In this document: positions 34,298-44,396 of the stretch, piece by piece
Layout: every line of letters begins with the position of its first letter
Numbering within the stretch: the first letter of the stretch is position 1
Source: Bacteroidales bacterium
GTDB taxonomy: Bacteria; Bacteroidota; Bacteroidia; Bacteroidales; UBA10428
Direction: 5' to 3'
Assembly (NCBI GenBank): GCA_016934055.1
Contig: JAFGTR010000087.1
Coordinates: 17,780 to 81,779, forward strand
Length of the DNA stretch: 64,000 nt
Notes under the pieces: model-generated
Told to the model about the DNA's origin: nothing
The model's input: only the letters and a program-made list of their open reading frames with translations
Databases searched by the model: none
Program-made: the position numbers and the translations under genes

Positions 34298-35929
34298 TCA
34301 TGCCAACCCCGTTACACTGCCATCAGGAAGCACCTTGATACGCGTAGCTGCGGGTACCTTTGGCAAACCCGGCATGGTCATAATATTGCCGCATATTACC
34401 ACAACAAAACCGGCTCCTGCAGACAGTCGAAGCTCATTGACCGTTATCCGGAAGTTTCGTGGTCTTCCTGTAAGCTTCGGGTTGTCAGAAAGCGACTTAG
34501 GTGTTTTGGCTACACACACGGGAAAATTCTCATAGCCATGGCGATTCAGAAGTTCAAGGTCGGTAAGGGCTTTCTGTTCATAATCAACACCATCAGCCCC
34601 ATACAGACGTATGGCAAGCGTCTCTATTTTATGTTCCAAAGTCTGGTCAAGCGCATACAAATATTTCGCTTTGCTATCCTGACTGGCCTGAACATTGCTG
34701 ATCACGGCTTTTGCCAGGTCAACAGCCCCTGCCCCGCCCTTCCTGAAATTATCGGAGATAACAGCTTCAACGTGTTGTGTGTTACAATGAGCAACAATCT
34801 TGTTGAGATCTTCTTCACTGTCATCGCCAAAACGGTTGATGGATACAACCGGATTTATTCCGAACGCGCGAATGTTTTCTATATGTTTGTTAAGATTCCC
34901 AAATCCTCCTGAGTCATTCATACCTCCGTGATAGTTGATTGCTTTAACAGTTACCACGATAACGACAGCTTTTGGGAAAATTCCCGCTGAGCGGCATTTA
35001 ATATGAAAAAACTTTTCTGCGCCCAGGTCTGTGGCAAAACCAGCTTCAGTTACAACGTAATTTGCAAGTTTTAAGGCCATGCGTGTAGCTATTGAAGTAT
35101 TTGTGCCCTGAGCAATATTTGCAAAGGGACCGCCATGAACCAAAGCAGGTGTGTTTTCGAGCGTCTGCACCAAATTGGGGTGTATGGCATCACGCAACAA
35201 AACCTGCATGGCTCCTTCGGCATGAATATCAGACACCCTGACTGGATTTCCCTTATAAGTGAATCCTACAACAGTACGGGCAAGCCGCTGGCCAAGTTCC
35301 TGATAACTATCAGTAAGACAAAGCATAGCCATAACTTCAGAAGCCGGAGTTATGTTGAAGCCGTCCGGACGTGGAATACCGTGGTGTACACCACCCAGTC
35401 CCACAAAAATCTCTCTTAAAGCTCTGTCATTCAAATCCATTACTCTCTTCCAGACGATCCTTCGCGGATCAATCCCAAGTTCATTGCCATGCTGGAGGTG
35501 ATTGTCAATCATTGCAGATAAGAGGTTATTGGCCTTGCTTACAGAATACATATCACCAACAAAATGAAGGTTGATATCTTCAGCCGGCATAACCTGTGAT
35601 GCCCCCGCTCCGGTTCCTCCGCCTTTAACTCCAAAGTATGGGCCCAGCGATGGTTCCCTCAGGCAGATCAATGTATTATATCCCAGTTGCCTGAGAGCAT
35701 CACCCAGCCCAATGGTCGTGGTAGTCTTTCCCTCTCCCTGGGGTGTGGGTGTCATGGCACTAACCAGTATGAGGTTTCCATCAGGATCATTCTTTCTGGC
35801 ACTCAGATGGTCAATGGGAATTTTTGCAATATAATGGCCATGTGGCAGAATATTGTCATAATCCAGTCCAAGATCGGCTGCCACATCTTTTATCTTCCTT
35901 AATTGTTTTAGATTGTTTAAACTTTGCAT
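34298..35929 (-). CDS. fhs: formate--tetrahydrofolate ligase
   Basis: TPTPQGEGKTTTTIGL P-loop and full-length (543 aa) collinear FTHFS motifs (GGGTGAG..., FANIAQG). Confidence 0.95.
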   Translation of the reverse strand: MQSLNNLKQLRKIKDVAADLGLDYDNILPHGHYIAKIPIDHLSARKNDPDGNLILVSAMTPTPQGEGKTTTTIGLGDALRQLGYNTLICLREPSLGPYFGVKGGGTGAGASQVMPAEDINLHFVGDMYSVSKANNLLSAMIDNHLQHGNELGIDPRRIVWKRVMDLNDRALREIFVGLGGVHHGIPRPDGFNITPASEVMAMLCLTDSYQELGQRLARTVVGFTYKGNPVRVSDIHAEGAMQVLLRDAIHPNLVQTLENTPALVHGGPFANIAQGTNTSIATRMALKLANYVVTEAGFATDLGAEKFFHIKCRSAGIFPKAVVIVVTVKAINYHGGMNDSGGFGNLNKHIENIRAFGINPVVSINRFGDDSEEDLNKIVAHCNTQHVEAVISDNFRKGGAGAVDLAKAVISNVQASQDSKAKYLYALDQTLEHKIETLAIRLYGADGVDYEQKALTDLELLNRHGYENFPVCVAKTPKSLSDNPKLTGRPRNFRITVNELRLSAGAGFVVVICGNIMTMPGLPKVPAATRIKVLPDGSVTGLA

Positions 35930-36082
35930 GGTTAATGAGATTTCTAAGTCTTAGTTCAGAAAGGATTACAGTTATTAAAAATGCAAATAACACAATTTTT
36001 TTTCATAAAAAGATATGTCTGAAGCAATATTCATTGTAACAAGTCACGGGAAAGCATAATTTCGCATTATAACCAATAAGTC

Positions 36083-36796
36083 ATGAATAATACTCCGCCC
36101 ACCCTGTATCTAATTCCCTCTACTTTAGGTATTATTGAACCTGCCGAGGTTATCCCGGTGGGAGCCATACGGATTATTAAAAAACTAAGACGTTTTGTTG
36201 TTGAAGAAGAAAAAACGGCAAGGCGATTTCTGATAAAAGCCGGTATTGGTAAGCCAATTGAATCATTGGTCTTTTATATTCTGAATGAACACACGGCAAA
36301 AAACAGCATTGAATCGTTTCTCAAAGATTCAGGACAAGATGATATTGGTTTGTTATCAGAAGCCGGGGTTCCGGCTGTTGCTGATCCGGGAACAGAGCTG
36401 ATAAGGCTGGCTCATATTAAGGGATTCAGGATTGTACCCTTGGTAGGCCCTTCATCCATTTTGCTGGCCGTGATGGCCTCGGGATTAAACGGCCAGAATT
36501 TTGCTTTCAGTGGTTACCTGCCTGTTAAAACAAATGAACGGATTAACTGCCTGAGATCTCTTGAAAAAAGATCACAGACTGAAAACCAGTCACAGGTATT
36601 CATTGAAGCACCTTATCGCAACAATCAACTCATGAAGGCGATTATCGACACTTGTTCTCATGAAACATGGCTGAGCATAGCCGTGAACCTGACTCTCGAA
36701 AACGAATTGATCGCAACAAAAACAATAGCACAATGGAAAAAAAACATACCCGATCTCCATAAAAAGCCGGCGGTTTTTATTCTGCAGAGAATGTAA
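36083..36796 (+). CDS. tetrapyrrole-methylase-fold SAM-dependent methyltransferase (RsmI-related small form)
   Basis: LYLIPSTLG N-terminus, SEAGVPAVADPG and GPSSILLAVMASG motifs typical of the TP_methylase/RsmI fold. 237 aa. Confidence 0.7.
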   Translation: MNNTPPTLYLIPSTLGIIEPAEVIPVGAIRIIKKLRRFVVEEEKTARRFLIKAGIGKPIESLVFYILNEHTAKNSIESFLKDSGQDDIGLLSEAGVPAVADPGTELIRLAHIKGFRIVPLVGPSSILLAVMASGLNGQNFAFSGYLPVKTNERINCLRSLEKRSQTENQSQVFIEAPYRNNQLMKAIIDTCSHETWLSIAVNLTLENELIATKTIAQWKKNIPDLHKKPAVFILQRM

Positions 36797-36909
36797 AAAA
36801 TAATAATAACATGTAATCGCTCACCTGCAATAATTACAACCTGCATGATCATTTACACTACGGAGACATAGCAGGCAAACCGTGAACTACTTTCTATACT
36901 GGTTCAAGC

Positions 36910-37030
36910 GCCTGCCTGTCAGACAGGTCCGCCTGGGCCTGCGGTAAGAATATAGATCAAAGATCAAAGATTAAAGAAGTATTTCTGAATCACCAAACCC
37001 GACTGCCGTCGGGCAGGTCACCAAATAACA
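36910..37030 (+). repeat. GC hairpins, heptad array and family B core (copy 2)
   Basis: CCTGCCTGTCAGACAGGTCCGCCTGGGCCTGCGG, then ATCAAAG ATCAAAG ATTAAAG AAGTATT, then AATCACCAAACCCGACTGCCGTCGGGCAGGTCACCAAAT (36988-37026). It ends at the stop codon of the FKBP-like gene. Confidence 0.8.
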
Positions 37031-38026
37031 TCACTCTGTTGAACCCCGTAAGATATCAACAACCTGCAGGTCATATATGACTGTCTGGTATGCCGGGACT
37101 ATGCTGTAACCATACAGCACATTAATCAAACCTGTAGTGCCGAATGCCTCTGTATAAGGCAAAACGGCAATAGCGCGTGTTCCTTTTCGCATAGTATCGA
37201 GGGCGGCAGTGAATCCATCAGGTATCTTCTTGATATAACCACCAAGGATAGTTTCTTCTTTACCATAGACAAATCTTAAAGGATCAGCAACATCATAGTT
37301 CGAATCAAACTCTTTTAACCGGATCATACCCTTGTCTATATACGGATACTTTCCCGAGAATCTTATCACAAGAGTGTCATTATTCATAACTTCCGTGGTA
37401 TCACTTGTTGTCAGATATTCTTTATAATAGATATCCCCATATGCGTTTGAGGTGGTATCCATGCCATTTTCGGCAAGATAACGCAACAACAACACATTTT
37501 CATATTCAACGGGGTCTTTAATTACTGAAATAAGGTGTATGCTGTATTTCACCGGTTTGCAATCGTAAAAGGCCAGTTCGGTTGGAATGATAAGAGTAGC
37601 CCAGCCGCCCTCCTGCATATATGATAAGCCGCTGTTGAATCCGGCACGGCTGTATCCGTAAATAAATTTGACAGGGCCGTAAGGATAATCATCAAATTCA
37701 TTGCCAGCTGACCAGTCATCTTTCAGCGTGCTGTCGGTGGTTTCAATAATAGTGCCGTTAAGGTACATGCCTGTATATTCAACAACAATATAATCATCCG
37801 GCTCAGGAGAAAGTCCGGTCCCTATAGTATCCGGTATATAATAGATTCCGCTCTCCTTCCTGTATTCATCCGGGATATTGTTTTCGCTGATATATTTGTC
37901 AAGTTCCTCCTGTCCTTTCTTTTCACATTCTTCCCAATCATTTTCCAAACAGCCGGAAAGAAGTAAAGCCCCCATTCCTGCCATTATGCTGAACCTGAAA
38001 ATCCGATGCCAATTATTCTTTTTCAT
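37031..38026 (-). CDS. lipoprotein with two degenerate FKBP-like domains
   Basis: Lipobox LLLSGC. Two segments follow the FKBP pattern: VVEYTGMYLNGTIIETTD...GLSYMQEGGWATLIIPTELAF, and LVIRFSGKY...ALDTMRKGTRAIAVLPYTEAFG. The canonical active-site residues are not obviously kept. Confidence 0.55.
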   Translation of the reverse strand: MKKNNWHRIFRFSIMAGMGALLLSGCLENDWEECEKKGQEELDKYISENNIPDEYRKESGIYYIPDTIGTGLSPEPDDYIVVEYTGMYLNGTIIETTDSTLKDDWSAGNEFDDYPYGPVKFIYGYSRAGFNSGLSYMQEGGWATLIIPTELAFYDCKPVKYSIHLISVIKDPVEYENVLLLRYLAENGMDTTSNAYGDIYYKEYLTTSDTTEVMNNDTLVIRFSGKYPYIDKGMIRLKEFDSNYDVADPLRFVYGKEETILGGYIKKIPDGFTAALDTMRKGTRAIAVLPYTEAFGTTGLINVLYGYSIVPAYQTVIYDLQVVDILRGSTE

Positions 38027-38091
38027 TTTTTGAACTTGTTTACTTTAATTTTTATTTATAAGTGGATGTTTAAAAACGTAAATGGTTGCGT

Positions 38092-38976
38092 TTATATTAT
38101 ACGCGGCGAAATTACTTCTAAAATTTCAACTTCAAAAATCAGCGAGGTGAATGGTGGTATCATGCCGGTAGATGACCCTTCACTGCCAAAAGCCAGGTCA
38201 GAAGGCAGTATCACAAGTGATTTCTCTCCTTCTTTCATCATCCCAATGGCTTCCTCAAGTCCTTTTACCACCTGCCATTCTGTTCCGTAAACAAATTGAA
38301 AAGGTTGATTTCGCTTTACAGTGGAGTCAAAGAACTTGCCATTGAGAAATCTGCCCTCATAGTTGATGGTAATGGTATCGCCAGGTTCAACTTTCTTGCC
38401 GGTTCCGGGAATGAGATTAATGAAATATATTCCGGAAGCCATAAGCTCAACGGGCAACTTTTCTTCTTCAATGAATTGACGTAAAATCACTTTTTCATAT
38501 TCTCCGAAGTCTTCAATCCAGTGCAGGAAAGCTTCTTTTTCCTTTCTGTATTCAGTTTCTGTTTGAATATCAAGCATATCAATGGTAACTTTCATTTTGT
38601 CATCAGGCTGCAGGAAGGAAGGCAATTCCGACTGTAGTGTTTTCCCAAAGAAATCAGCAGCTGAAATAATAAAAGTTGCTGATTCCTTTTCTGAAAGCAT
38701 GCCAAAGCACTCATCAACAGACCCTTCGAAGGTGGGACCGGTAAGTTGAAATTTACGATGAGCTTTAAAAAATACGGAATCATCCATTGTTTTATAACTC
38801 AGGTTTACCGTAATATAATCGCCGGGTTTAGCTCTTATATCATCCTCTCCAACTGTGTGAAGCTGATAATATATTCCGTGACCTGCCCGCCTGAATCCGG
38901 GGTATTTTGAAAAATACCGGCACGAACCGACGCTTATCAGGACCAAGATCATTACCAAGAATCCTTTATATTTCAT
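38092..38976 (-). CDS. FKBP-type peptidyl-prolyl cis-trans isomerase lipoprotein (two domains)
   Basis: The C-terminal domain is canonical: ITINYEGRFLNGKFFDSTVKRNQPFQFVYGTEWQVVKGLEEAIGMMKEGEKSLVILPSDLAFG. The N-terminal domain is degenerate. Confidence 0.8.
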   Translation of the reverse strand: MKYKGFLVMILVLISVGSCRYFSKYPGFRRAGHGIYYQLHTVGEDDIRAKPGDYITVNLSYKTMDDSVFFKAHRKFQLTGPTFEGSVDECFGMLSEKESATFIISAADFFGKTLQSELPSFLQPDDKMKVTIDMLDIQTETEYRKEKEAFLHWIEDFGEYEKVILRQFIEEEKLPVELMASGIYFINLIPGTGKKVEPGDTITINYEGRFLNGKFFDSTVKRNQPFQFVYGTEWQVVKGLEEAIGMMKEGEKSLVILPSDLAFGSEGSSTGMIPPFTSLIFEVEILEVISPRII

Positions 38977-39133
38977 GCGTATATACTTCTATTTATGTTT
39001 ATATTCAATGTCTTATATTATATTCAGAAAATGACGTCAGGTTGAGCTTTTCTGTTTGTTTGGATTTTTCGGCCCGGGTTTATGCCAGGCTGTTAAATAA
39101 AAAATGAAAACTGTTGTAAACAATCGATCATCT

Positions 39134-39664
39134 TTAATCCTCCATATTCACAACCTCAACTTCATAAATGATCACCGATCTGGCCGGTATTCTGTTGCCA
39201 TCTCCCGGTAATCCATGGGCAAGGTGAGGCGGCATAATAAAATGCGCCTTACTGCCTTCCTTCAGCAACAGAATGCCTTCTTCAAGTCCTGATTCTACCC
39301 CACCCTGGCCGACCCGGAATTGTTTCATACCCAAAGAATCAGATGAATAACAATGAGTGCCGTCAAGCAATTCAAGACTGTAATTAAGCGTTACTTGTTT
39401 TCCCTGAGTAATGTTGTTCCCATGACCTTCATCCGTAATCATATACCATAAACCAGAGGCTGTCTCTTGCATTTCCCAGTTACGCCGTTTGATGTAGGCC
39501 TTAATTTTTTCAGCATCTTTCTTCACAAGGATACGGTTTGCACCAACAAGTGCTTCTTTGGTCTTCCGGAATTCTTCTTCCGATACAGTTTTTTCCTGTT
39601 TGCGGCAACCGGTAATAATAAGAAACAGGAAAACAAAATATATTATGCTGTATTTACTCATCAT
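39134..39664 (-). CDS. FKBP-type peptidyl-prolyl cis-trans isomerase lipoprotein (GldI-like)
   Basis: The internal start MMSKYSIIYFVFLFLIITGCRK (39664) gives a lipobox, and the listed 39907 start would overlap the upstream gene. FKBP motif VTLNYSLELLDGTHCYSS...FRVGQGGVESGLEEGILLLKEGSKAHFIMPPHLAHG. Confidence 0.8.
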   Translation of the reverse strand: MMSKYSIIYFVFLFLIITGCRKQEKTVSEEEFRKTKEALVGANRILVKKDAEKIKAYIKRRNWEMQETASGLWYMITDEGHGNNITQGKQVTLNYSLELLDGTHCYSSDSLGMKQFRVGQGGVESGLEEGILLLKEGSKAHFIMPPHLAHGLPGDGNRIPARSVIIYEVEVVNMED

Positions 39665-40709
39665 AGTCAATAAGTTCATCATGGTACTTTGGCAGTAAGT
39701 CTCTGAACAGATCAAGTGCAGTTTCGAGTGATTCATATATCTCACCTCCTGATGCATTGCGATGACCACCTCCGTTAAAATGTCTGGCTGAAAAAGTATT
39801 GACCGGAAAAGCGCCTTTTGATCGAAAGGATACTTTGACATGATCTTCTTTTTCAATGAAAAAGGCAGAGAATCTGACACCTCTGATAGAAAGAGGATAG
39901 TTAACAAATCCTTCCGAATCGCCGATCTGAAAATTATATTTCTCCTGGTCTTTTTGGCTGAGCCATATCATTGCAGTCCTGTGGGAAGGGTAATATTCCA
40001 TCCGCTTGTCCAGACAAAATCCCAGCAACCTCATACGATCAGACGAAAAACTATCGTAAATCCTGTAATATATCTTATCCTTATCAATGCCATAACACAA
40101 AAGGTCTGCCACAATAAAATATGTGTCAGGAGACGATGAATTATAACTGAAGCAACCGGTATCGGTCATGATGCCAACAAATAAACAGAGGGCTATTTCG
40201 CGGTCCATATGATCTTTCAATGTTGTTTTCTGCAAAAACCGGTAAACCAGTTCAGCCGATGAACTTACATTTGTATCGGACAGCATGCAATCAACTTCGA
40301 CGACCGGATCGGGATGATGATCGATGAGGACTTTAAAGGCCTGTGATTGTGTAACAGGTTCATTTATGCCTTTCATTCTTCGAACATCGTTGAAATCAAC
40401 AAAAAACAATATATCAGATGATTGAATATGTTGGATTATTTTTTCTTCGTTGCCGGGCAGCGTGATTATTTCATCAGCACCGGGAAGCCATTTTAAGAAA
40501 TCAGGAAAGTCATTTGGCACAATAACATGACAGGTATGTCCGGCCTTTTTCAGAGACATCTGCAGGCCAAGCGTGGAACCAATGGCATCACCATCGGGAT
40601 TGAAATGAGTAATGATGACTATTTTTCCGAAAGACGCAGATATCAGACTTTGCAGTTTTTCAAAGCCTTTTATCCCATCTGAATTTTCTATTGAACTCAT
40701 AATTAGCAA
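39654..40709 (-). CDS. nrnA: DHH/DHHA1 phosphoesterase (NrnA-type oligoribonuclease / pAp phosphatase)
   Basis: HFNPDGDAIGS, DHH (LIDHHPD) and C-terminal GGGHRNASGG motifs. Confidence 0.85.
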   Translation of the reverse strand: MLIMSSIENSDGIKGFEKLQSLISASFGKIVIITHFNPDGDAIGSTLGLQMSLKKAGHTCHVIVPNDFPDFLKWLPGADEIITLPGNEEKIIQHIQSSDILFFVDFNDVRRMKGINEPVTQSQAFKVLIDHHPDPVVEVDCMLSDTNVSSSAELVYRFLQKTTLKDHMDREIALCLFVGIMTDTGCFSYNSSSPDTYFIVADLLCYGIDKDKIYYRIYDSFSSDRMRLLGFCLDKRMEYYPSHRTAMIWLSQKDQEKYNFQIGDSEGFVNYPLSIRGVRFSAFFIEKEDHVKVSFRSKGAFPVNTFSARHFNGGGHRNASGGEIYESLETALDLFRDLLPKYHDELIDYDE

Positions 40710-40909
40710 TTCAATTCAAAATTAAACAACTTTAAAACCCGCAACAGTTTTCCATATCGCAATTTATAAGAAAATTTTAACAAAGATCACAATTGTCAAT
40801 GCTAAAGATTCGCTAATCTGCCCCGCAGATGAAAACTACCATCATTATTGAAGGCATGATCTGCATTTAAAAAAAATTTATATATTCGGCCGAAATAACC
40901 CTCTCAAAC

Positions 40910-41344
40910 ATGGCAGGTACCAAAACGCTAACCATTATCAAACCGGGCGCTGTAAGAAACGAATTTATCGGCCCGATACTGGCTAAGATCAACGCCAATG
41001 GCTTTCACATTGCAGCACTTAAACTGATACGCCTGACACGGGAACAGGCAGAACGTTTTTATGCTGTACACAGGGAAAAACAATTTTTTGAAAACCTGAT
41101 CAGCTTCATGGCATCTGGACAGGTCGTGGTGGCTATCCTGGAAAAAGAGAATGCTGTTGCCGATTATCGCAGGCTCATGGGCAGCACAGATCCGTTAAAG
41201 GCTGAAGAAGGTACTATACGGAAAATGTTTGCCGAGAATATTGAACGAAATGCTGTTCATGGTTCCGACAGCGATGAAAATGCGGAAATCGAATGTGACT
41301 TCTTTTTTGCCAGAAGTGAACGCTTTTCAAATTTCACTGATTGA
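40910..41344 (+). CDS. ndk: nucleoside-diphosphate kinase
   Basis: TLTIIKPGAV..., FYAVHREKQFF and the NAVHGSDS active-site histidine motif. Confidence 0.92.
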   Translation: MAGTKTLTIIKPGAVRNEFIGPILAKINANGFHIAALKLIRLTREQAERFYAVHREKQFFENLISFMASGQVVVAILEKENAVADYRRLMGSTDPLKAEEGTIRKMFAENIERNAVHGSDSDENAEIECDFFFARSERFSNFTD

Positions 41345-41403
41345 GACAATTTTAAAAATAAAATAATGCATTTAGCTTAAGTGGCCATTTATGAAAATAA
41401 TAA

Positions 41404-41584
41404 TTGATTTAAGATTGAAGATTAACGATTTTAGATTTATGAAGTCAAAGGCAAAAACAAAACAATCAATACTATAGAAACCTGAAAACCTGCACTCACC
41501 CTTCTATAATCAAAAATCTGCATTCTTAATTCTTAATCATATTAAGATTTTTATAACTGGCAACTTGAATTATTTATAATTAAT
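41404..41584 (+). repeat. family D repeat copy 2 (begins with GATTNNN heptads)
   Basis: GATTTAA GATTGAA GATTAAC GATTTTA GATTTAT, then blocks shared with 12393-12570. Its right end abuts the stop codon of the DUF721 gene (41585). Confidence 0.7.
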
Positions 41585-41875
41585 TCAACGTATTACAATA
41601 GCATCAATCAGTTTTTCTCCTGCCATTTCATTGAGTTTGTCCAGTATAGACCTGCGCATCATCATCAGTTCGCTCCTTGCCACTGAAGAGGTCAGATGCA
41701 CATAAAACGTCCTGTCTTTCACATAGACTTGTTTTGTTCTTGATGCAATAGCCTTTCCCATCATATCATTCCATTGCGCAACAAGCCTTTTTTCTTTCAG
41801 CTTTTGGCTTATCCTTAGATCATCAAGACTATCCCTGATAACTTCTCCAATAGGGCGTGTTTCATTTCTCCTCAT
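41585..41875 (-). CDS. DUF721 (DciA-like) protein
   Basis: 96 aa, immediately downstream of recF. WNDMMGKAIASRTKQVYVKDRTFYVHLTSSVARSEL matches the DUF721 pattern. Confidence 0.7.
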   Translation of the reverse strand: MRRNETRPIGEVIRDSLDDLRISQKLKEKRLVAQWNDMMGKAIASRTKQVYVKDRTFYVHLTSSVARSELMMMRRSILDKLNEMAGEKLIDAIVIR

Positions 41876-41935
41876 GACAAATTTTTCAAAATATAAATAA
41901 AGATAGGTAATTCCTGGAAAAACGAACCCTGTCCG

Positions 41936-43054
41936 TCATTGATTGTTAGTTTCTTCCCGGATAACCACATCGTTTTCAATATGGAAGAATTTGTAAGCTG
42001 CGCCAATTTCATGCAAAATATCTTTCATTCTTTCAGGGTCAGTATGAGTAATAAAAATCTGACCAAAATGATCTTCAGCAACCAGCTTTATGATCTGTTT
42101 TACCCTTTTTTCATCAAACTTGTCAAAAATATCATCAAACAGGAAAATGGGAAGGATGTTGTTTACCTCCTTAATAAAATCAAACTGTGCCAGTTTCAGT
42201 GAAACCAGGTAGGTTTTCTGCTGTCCCTGAGAACCGTTGCGTTTTATCGGCAGGTTGTCAAGCGTAAGGCTGAGATCATCTTTATGCACACCAACAGTAG
42301 AGTATTGCAGTATTCTGTCTTTGGTCCTCGCTTCATTCAGCTGATCACGATACGAACCGTTTTTCAGTTGCGAATTATAGCAAAGGTCTACATTTTCTTT
42401 ACCCTGTGCGATAAAATCATAATAATGCTGAAAAACAGGCACAAGACGTGATGCAAAATTACTCCGCCGGTCAAAAATTCTTTCGGCATATGGGATGATC
42501 TGTTCATCATAGGCAGCCAGTGTTTCTTCATCAAATCTGCCTGAAGCAGCAACATCTTTCAGCAATTTATTTCGCTGCATCAGCAAATGGTTGAAATGTA
42601 TATTGTCTTCGAGGTATTGCCGGTCAAACTGTGATATAACACTGTTCATAAATTTCCGGCGTTCATCACTGCCCTCTGTTATAAGGCAGGCATCAGCGGG
42701 TGAAATAACAACAACGGGAATGAGGCCAATATGATCAGAAAGACGGTCATATTCCTTTTTATTGCGTTTAAAGACTTTATTTCGCATCCGCTGTATCGCG
42801 CAATAGATTTCTTCAGTTCTGTCGTTTACAGAGAATAAGCCTTGTATAACTGAAAATTCCGAACCTGTCCTTATGTTTTGTGTGTCAATTGGATTGAAAT
42901 AGCTTTTGCACATGCACAGATAATGTATTGCATCAAGAACATTGGTTTTACCAACGCCGTTGTTGCCTGTAAAGCAATTTATTCTTTGTGAGAACTCGAA
43001 TTCGGCTTCAGTATAATTCTTAAAATTAACAAGTGAAAGATTCTTCAGATACAT
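41936..43054 (-). CDS. recF: DNA replication and repair protein RecF
   Basis: FTGNNGVGKTNVLDAI Walker A, SQGQQKT signature and LFDDIFDKFD Walker B. Confidence 0.92.
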   Translation of the reverse strand: MYLKNLSLVNFKNYTEAEFEFSQRINCFTGNNGVGKTNVLDAIHYLCMCKSYFNPIDTQNIRTGSEFSVIQGLFSVNDRTEEIYCAIQRMRNKVFKRNKKEYDRLSDHIGLIPVVVISPADACLITEGSDERRKFMNSVISQFDRQYLEDNIHFNHLLMQRNKLLKDVAASGRFDEETLAAYDEQIIPYAERIFDRRSNFASRLVPVFQHYYDFIAQGKENVDLCYNSQLKNGSYRDQLNEARTKDRILQYSTVGVHKDDLSLTLDNLPIKRNGSQGQQKTYLVSLKLAQFDFIKEVNNILPIFLFDDIFDKFDEKRVKQIIKLVAEDHFGQIFITHTDPERMKDILHEIGAAYKFFHIENDVVIREETNNQ

Positions 43055-43181
43055 GTCAGACTAAAAATTATTAATAATCAACGGTCAAAAGTAAGGAATC
43101 AATTTCAATTCTTTTTGAAAAATTATTTCTTCATAAAGGATAAAAAAATTACATTTGCGTTCTGTTAAAAAAATAGGAAAA

Positions 43182-43865
43182 ATGAGCAAGAAAAAAGATA
43201 CTTCGGATGCAGGGTTTCAGACAGTTGAAAATGCATTAAGTAAAACAGAACAATATATTGAAGAAAATCAACGCAGTCTTACGATAATCGTTCTCGCCAT
43301 AGTGGTTGTTGTTGGCGGTTACCTTGGATATAAGAAATTTTATCTGCAACCCGCCAATGAGGAAGCTGTTGCCGCCATGTTTTATGCACAGAACTATTTC
43401 GAACAGGATTCCTTCAGACTGGCACTTGAAGGTGACGGCGCCAATTACGGTTTTCTTGATATTATTGATGAATATGGTATAACCAAAAGCGGCAACCTGG
43501 CCAATCTGTATTCAGGAATCTGCCTTTTCAAGCTGGGTGAATATGAAGAAGCCATCGAGTATCTCAAGGAATTTGACTCCAATGATATTTTTTATGCAAC
43601 CATGGCCTTGGGTATAATCGGTGACAGTTATGTTGAACTTGATGACCTTGAGACAGCCGTTTCTTTTTATATGAAAGCTGCAGAGCGAAAAAAGAACAAC
43701 CTTACAACACCGGTGTATGCAAAAAAAGCCGGTTTGGTCTATGAAGAGCTGCAGGAATACAAGAAGGCGCTGAGTTGTTATGAGACGATACGGAATGAAT
43801 ACCCTGACTCTGATGAAGGACGTGATATTGAAAGGCATATCGCTGCAGTAAAAATGAAAATCTGA
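43182..43865 (+). CDS. membrane-anchored TPR protein (YfgM-like)
   Basis: ATG 43182 (MSKKKDTSDAG...) is preferred over the listed TTG 43155. One TM (IIVLAIVVVVGGYLGY), then TPR-like helices. Confidence 0.6.
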   Translation: MSKKKDTSDAGFQTVENALSKTEQYIEENQRSLTIIVLAIVVVVGGYLGYKKFYLQPANEEAVAAMFYAQNYFEQDSFRLALEGDGANYGFLDIIDEYGITKSGNLANLYSGICLFKLGEYEEAIEYLKEFDSNDIFYATMALGIIGDSYVELDDLETAVSFYMKAAERKKNNLTTPVYAKKAGLVYEELQEYKKALSCYETIRNEYPDSDEGRDIERHIAAVKMKI

Positions 43866-43901
43866 GTTGAATAGCATGCATCTTTGCTAAACACAGGGGA
43901 T

Positions 43902-44396
43902 ATGGCTACGGCTAACAAAAACCTCTCAGAATATGATCCGGAAACCATACCGGATGCATCTCCATTCAAATTCGGAATTGTGGTTTCAGAATGGAATCAT
44001 GAAATTACGGGAGCCTTGCTTGAAGGCACACGCAACACCCTTTTAAAGCACGGCGCAAAACCTGAAAACATATTCGTGACTTATGTCCCGGGTAGTTTTG
44101 AACTCACCGTCGGCGCACAGTTAATGGCCGGAAACAGGAAATTACAGGCTGTAATATGTCTGGGTTGTGTGATTCAGGGTGAAACACGCCATTTTGACTT
44201 CATCTGTCAAAGTGTTACCCAGGGTATTACACAACTCAATGTTATACACAATATTCCCTTTATTTTCGGTGTACTGACAACACAAAATCTTCAGCAGGCC
44301 AAAGACAGAGCCGGCGGCAGGCATGGCAACAAGGGAGACGAAGCTGCTGTTACAGCCATTAAAATGGCTTTCCTGAAACATGAAATTGAAAAATAA
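43902..44396 (+). CDS. ribH: 6,7-dimethyl-8-ribityllumazine synthase
   Basis: [36 protein letters not shown] and GNKGDEAA motifs. ATG 43902 is preferred over the listed TTG 43884. Confidence 0.9.
   Translation: MATANKNLSEYDPETIPDASPFKFGIVVSEWNHEITGALLEGTRNTLLKHGAKPENIFVTYVPGSFELTVGAQLMAGNRKLQAVICLGCVIQGETRHFDFICQSVTQGITQLNVIHNIPFIFGVLTTQNLQQAKDRAGGRHGNKGDEAAVTAIKMAFLKHEIEK

Noticed and set aside
40829-40870. 13-codon mini-ORF MKTTIIIEGMICI resembling the start of a heavy-metal-associated (IEGMxCxxC) domain
   Set aside because: It is too short to distinguish from chance. It stops before the metal-binding CxxC and has no downstream continuation in any frame.
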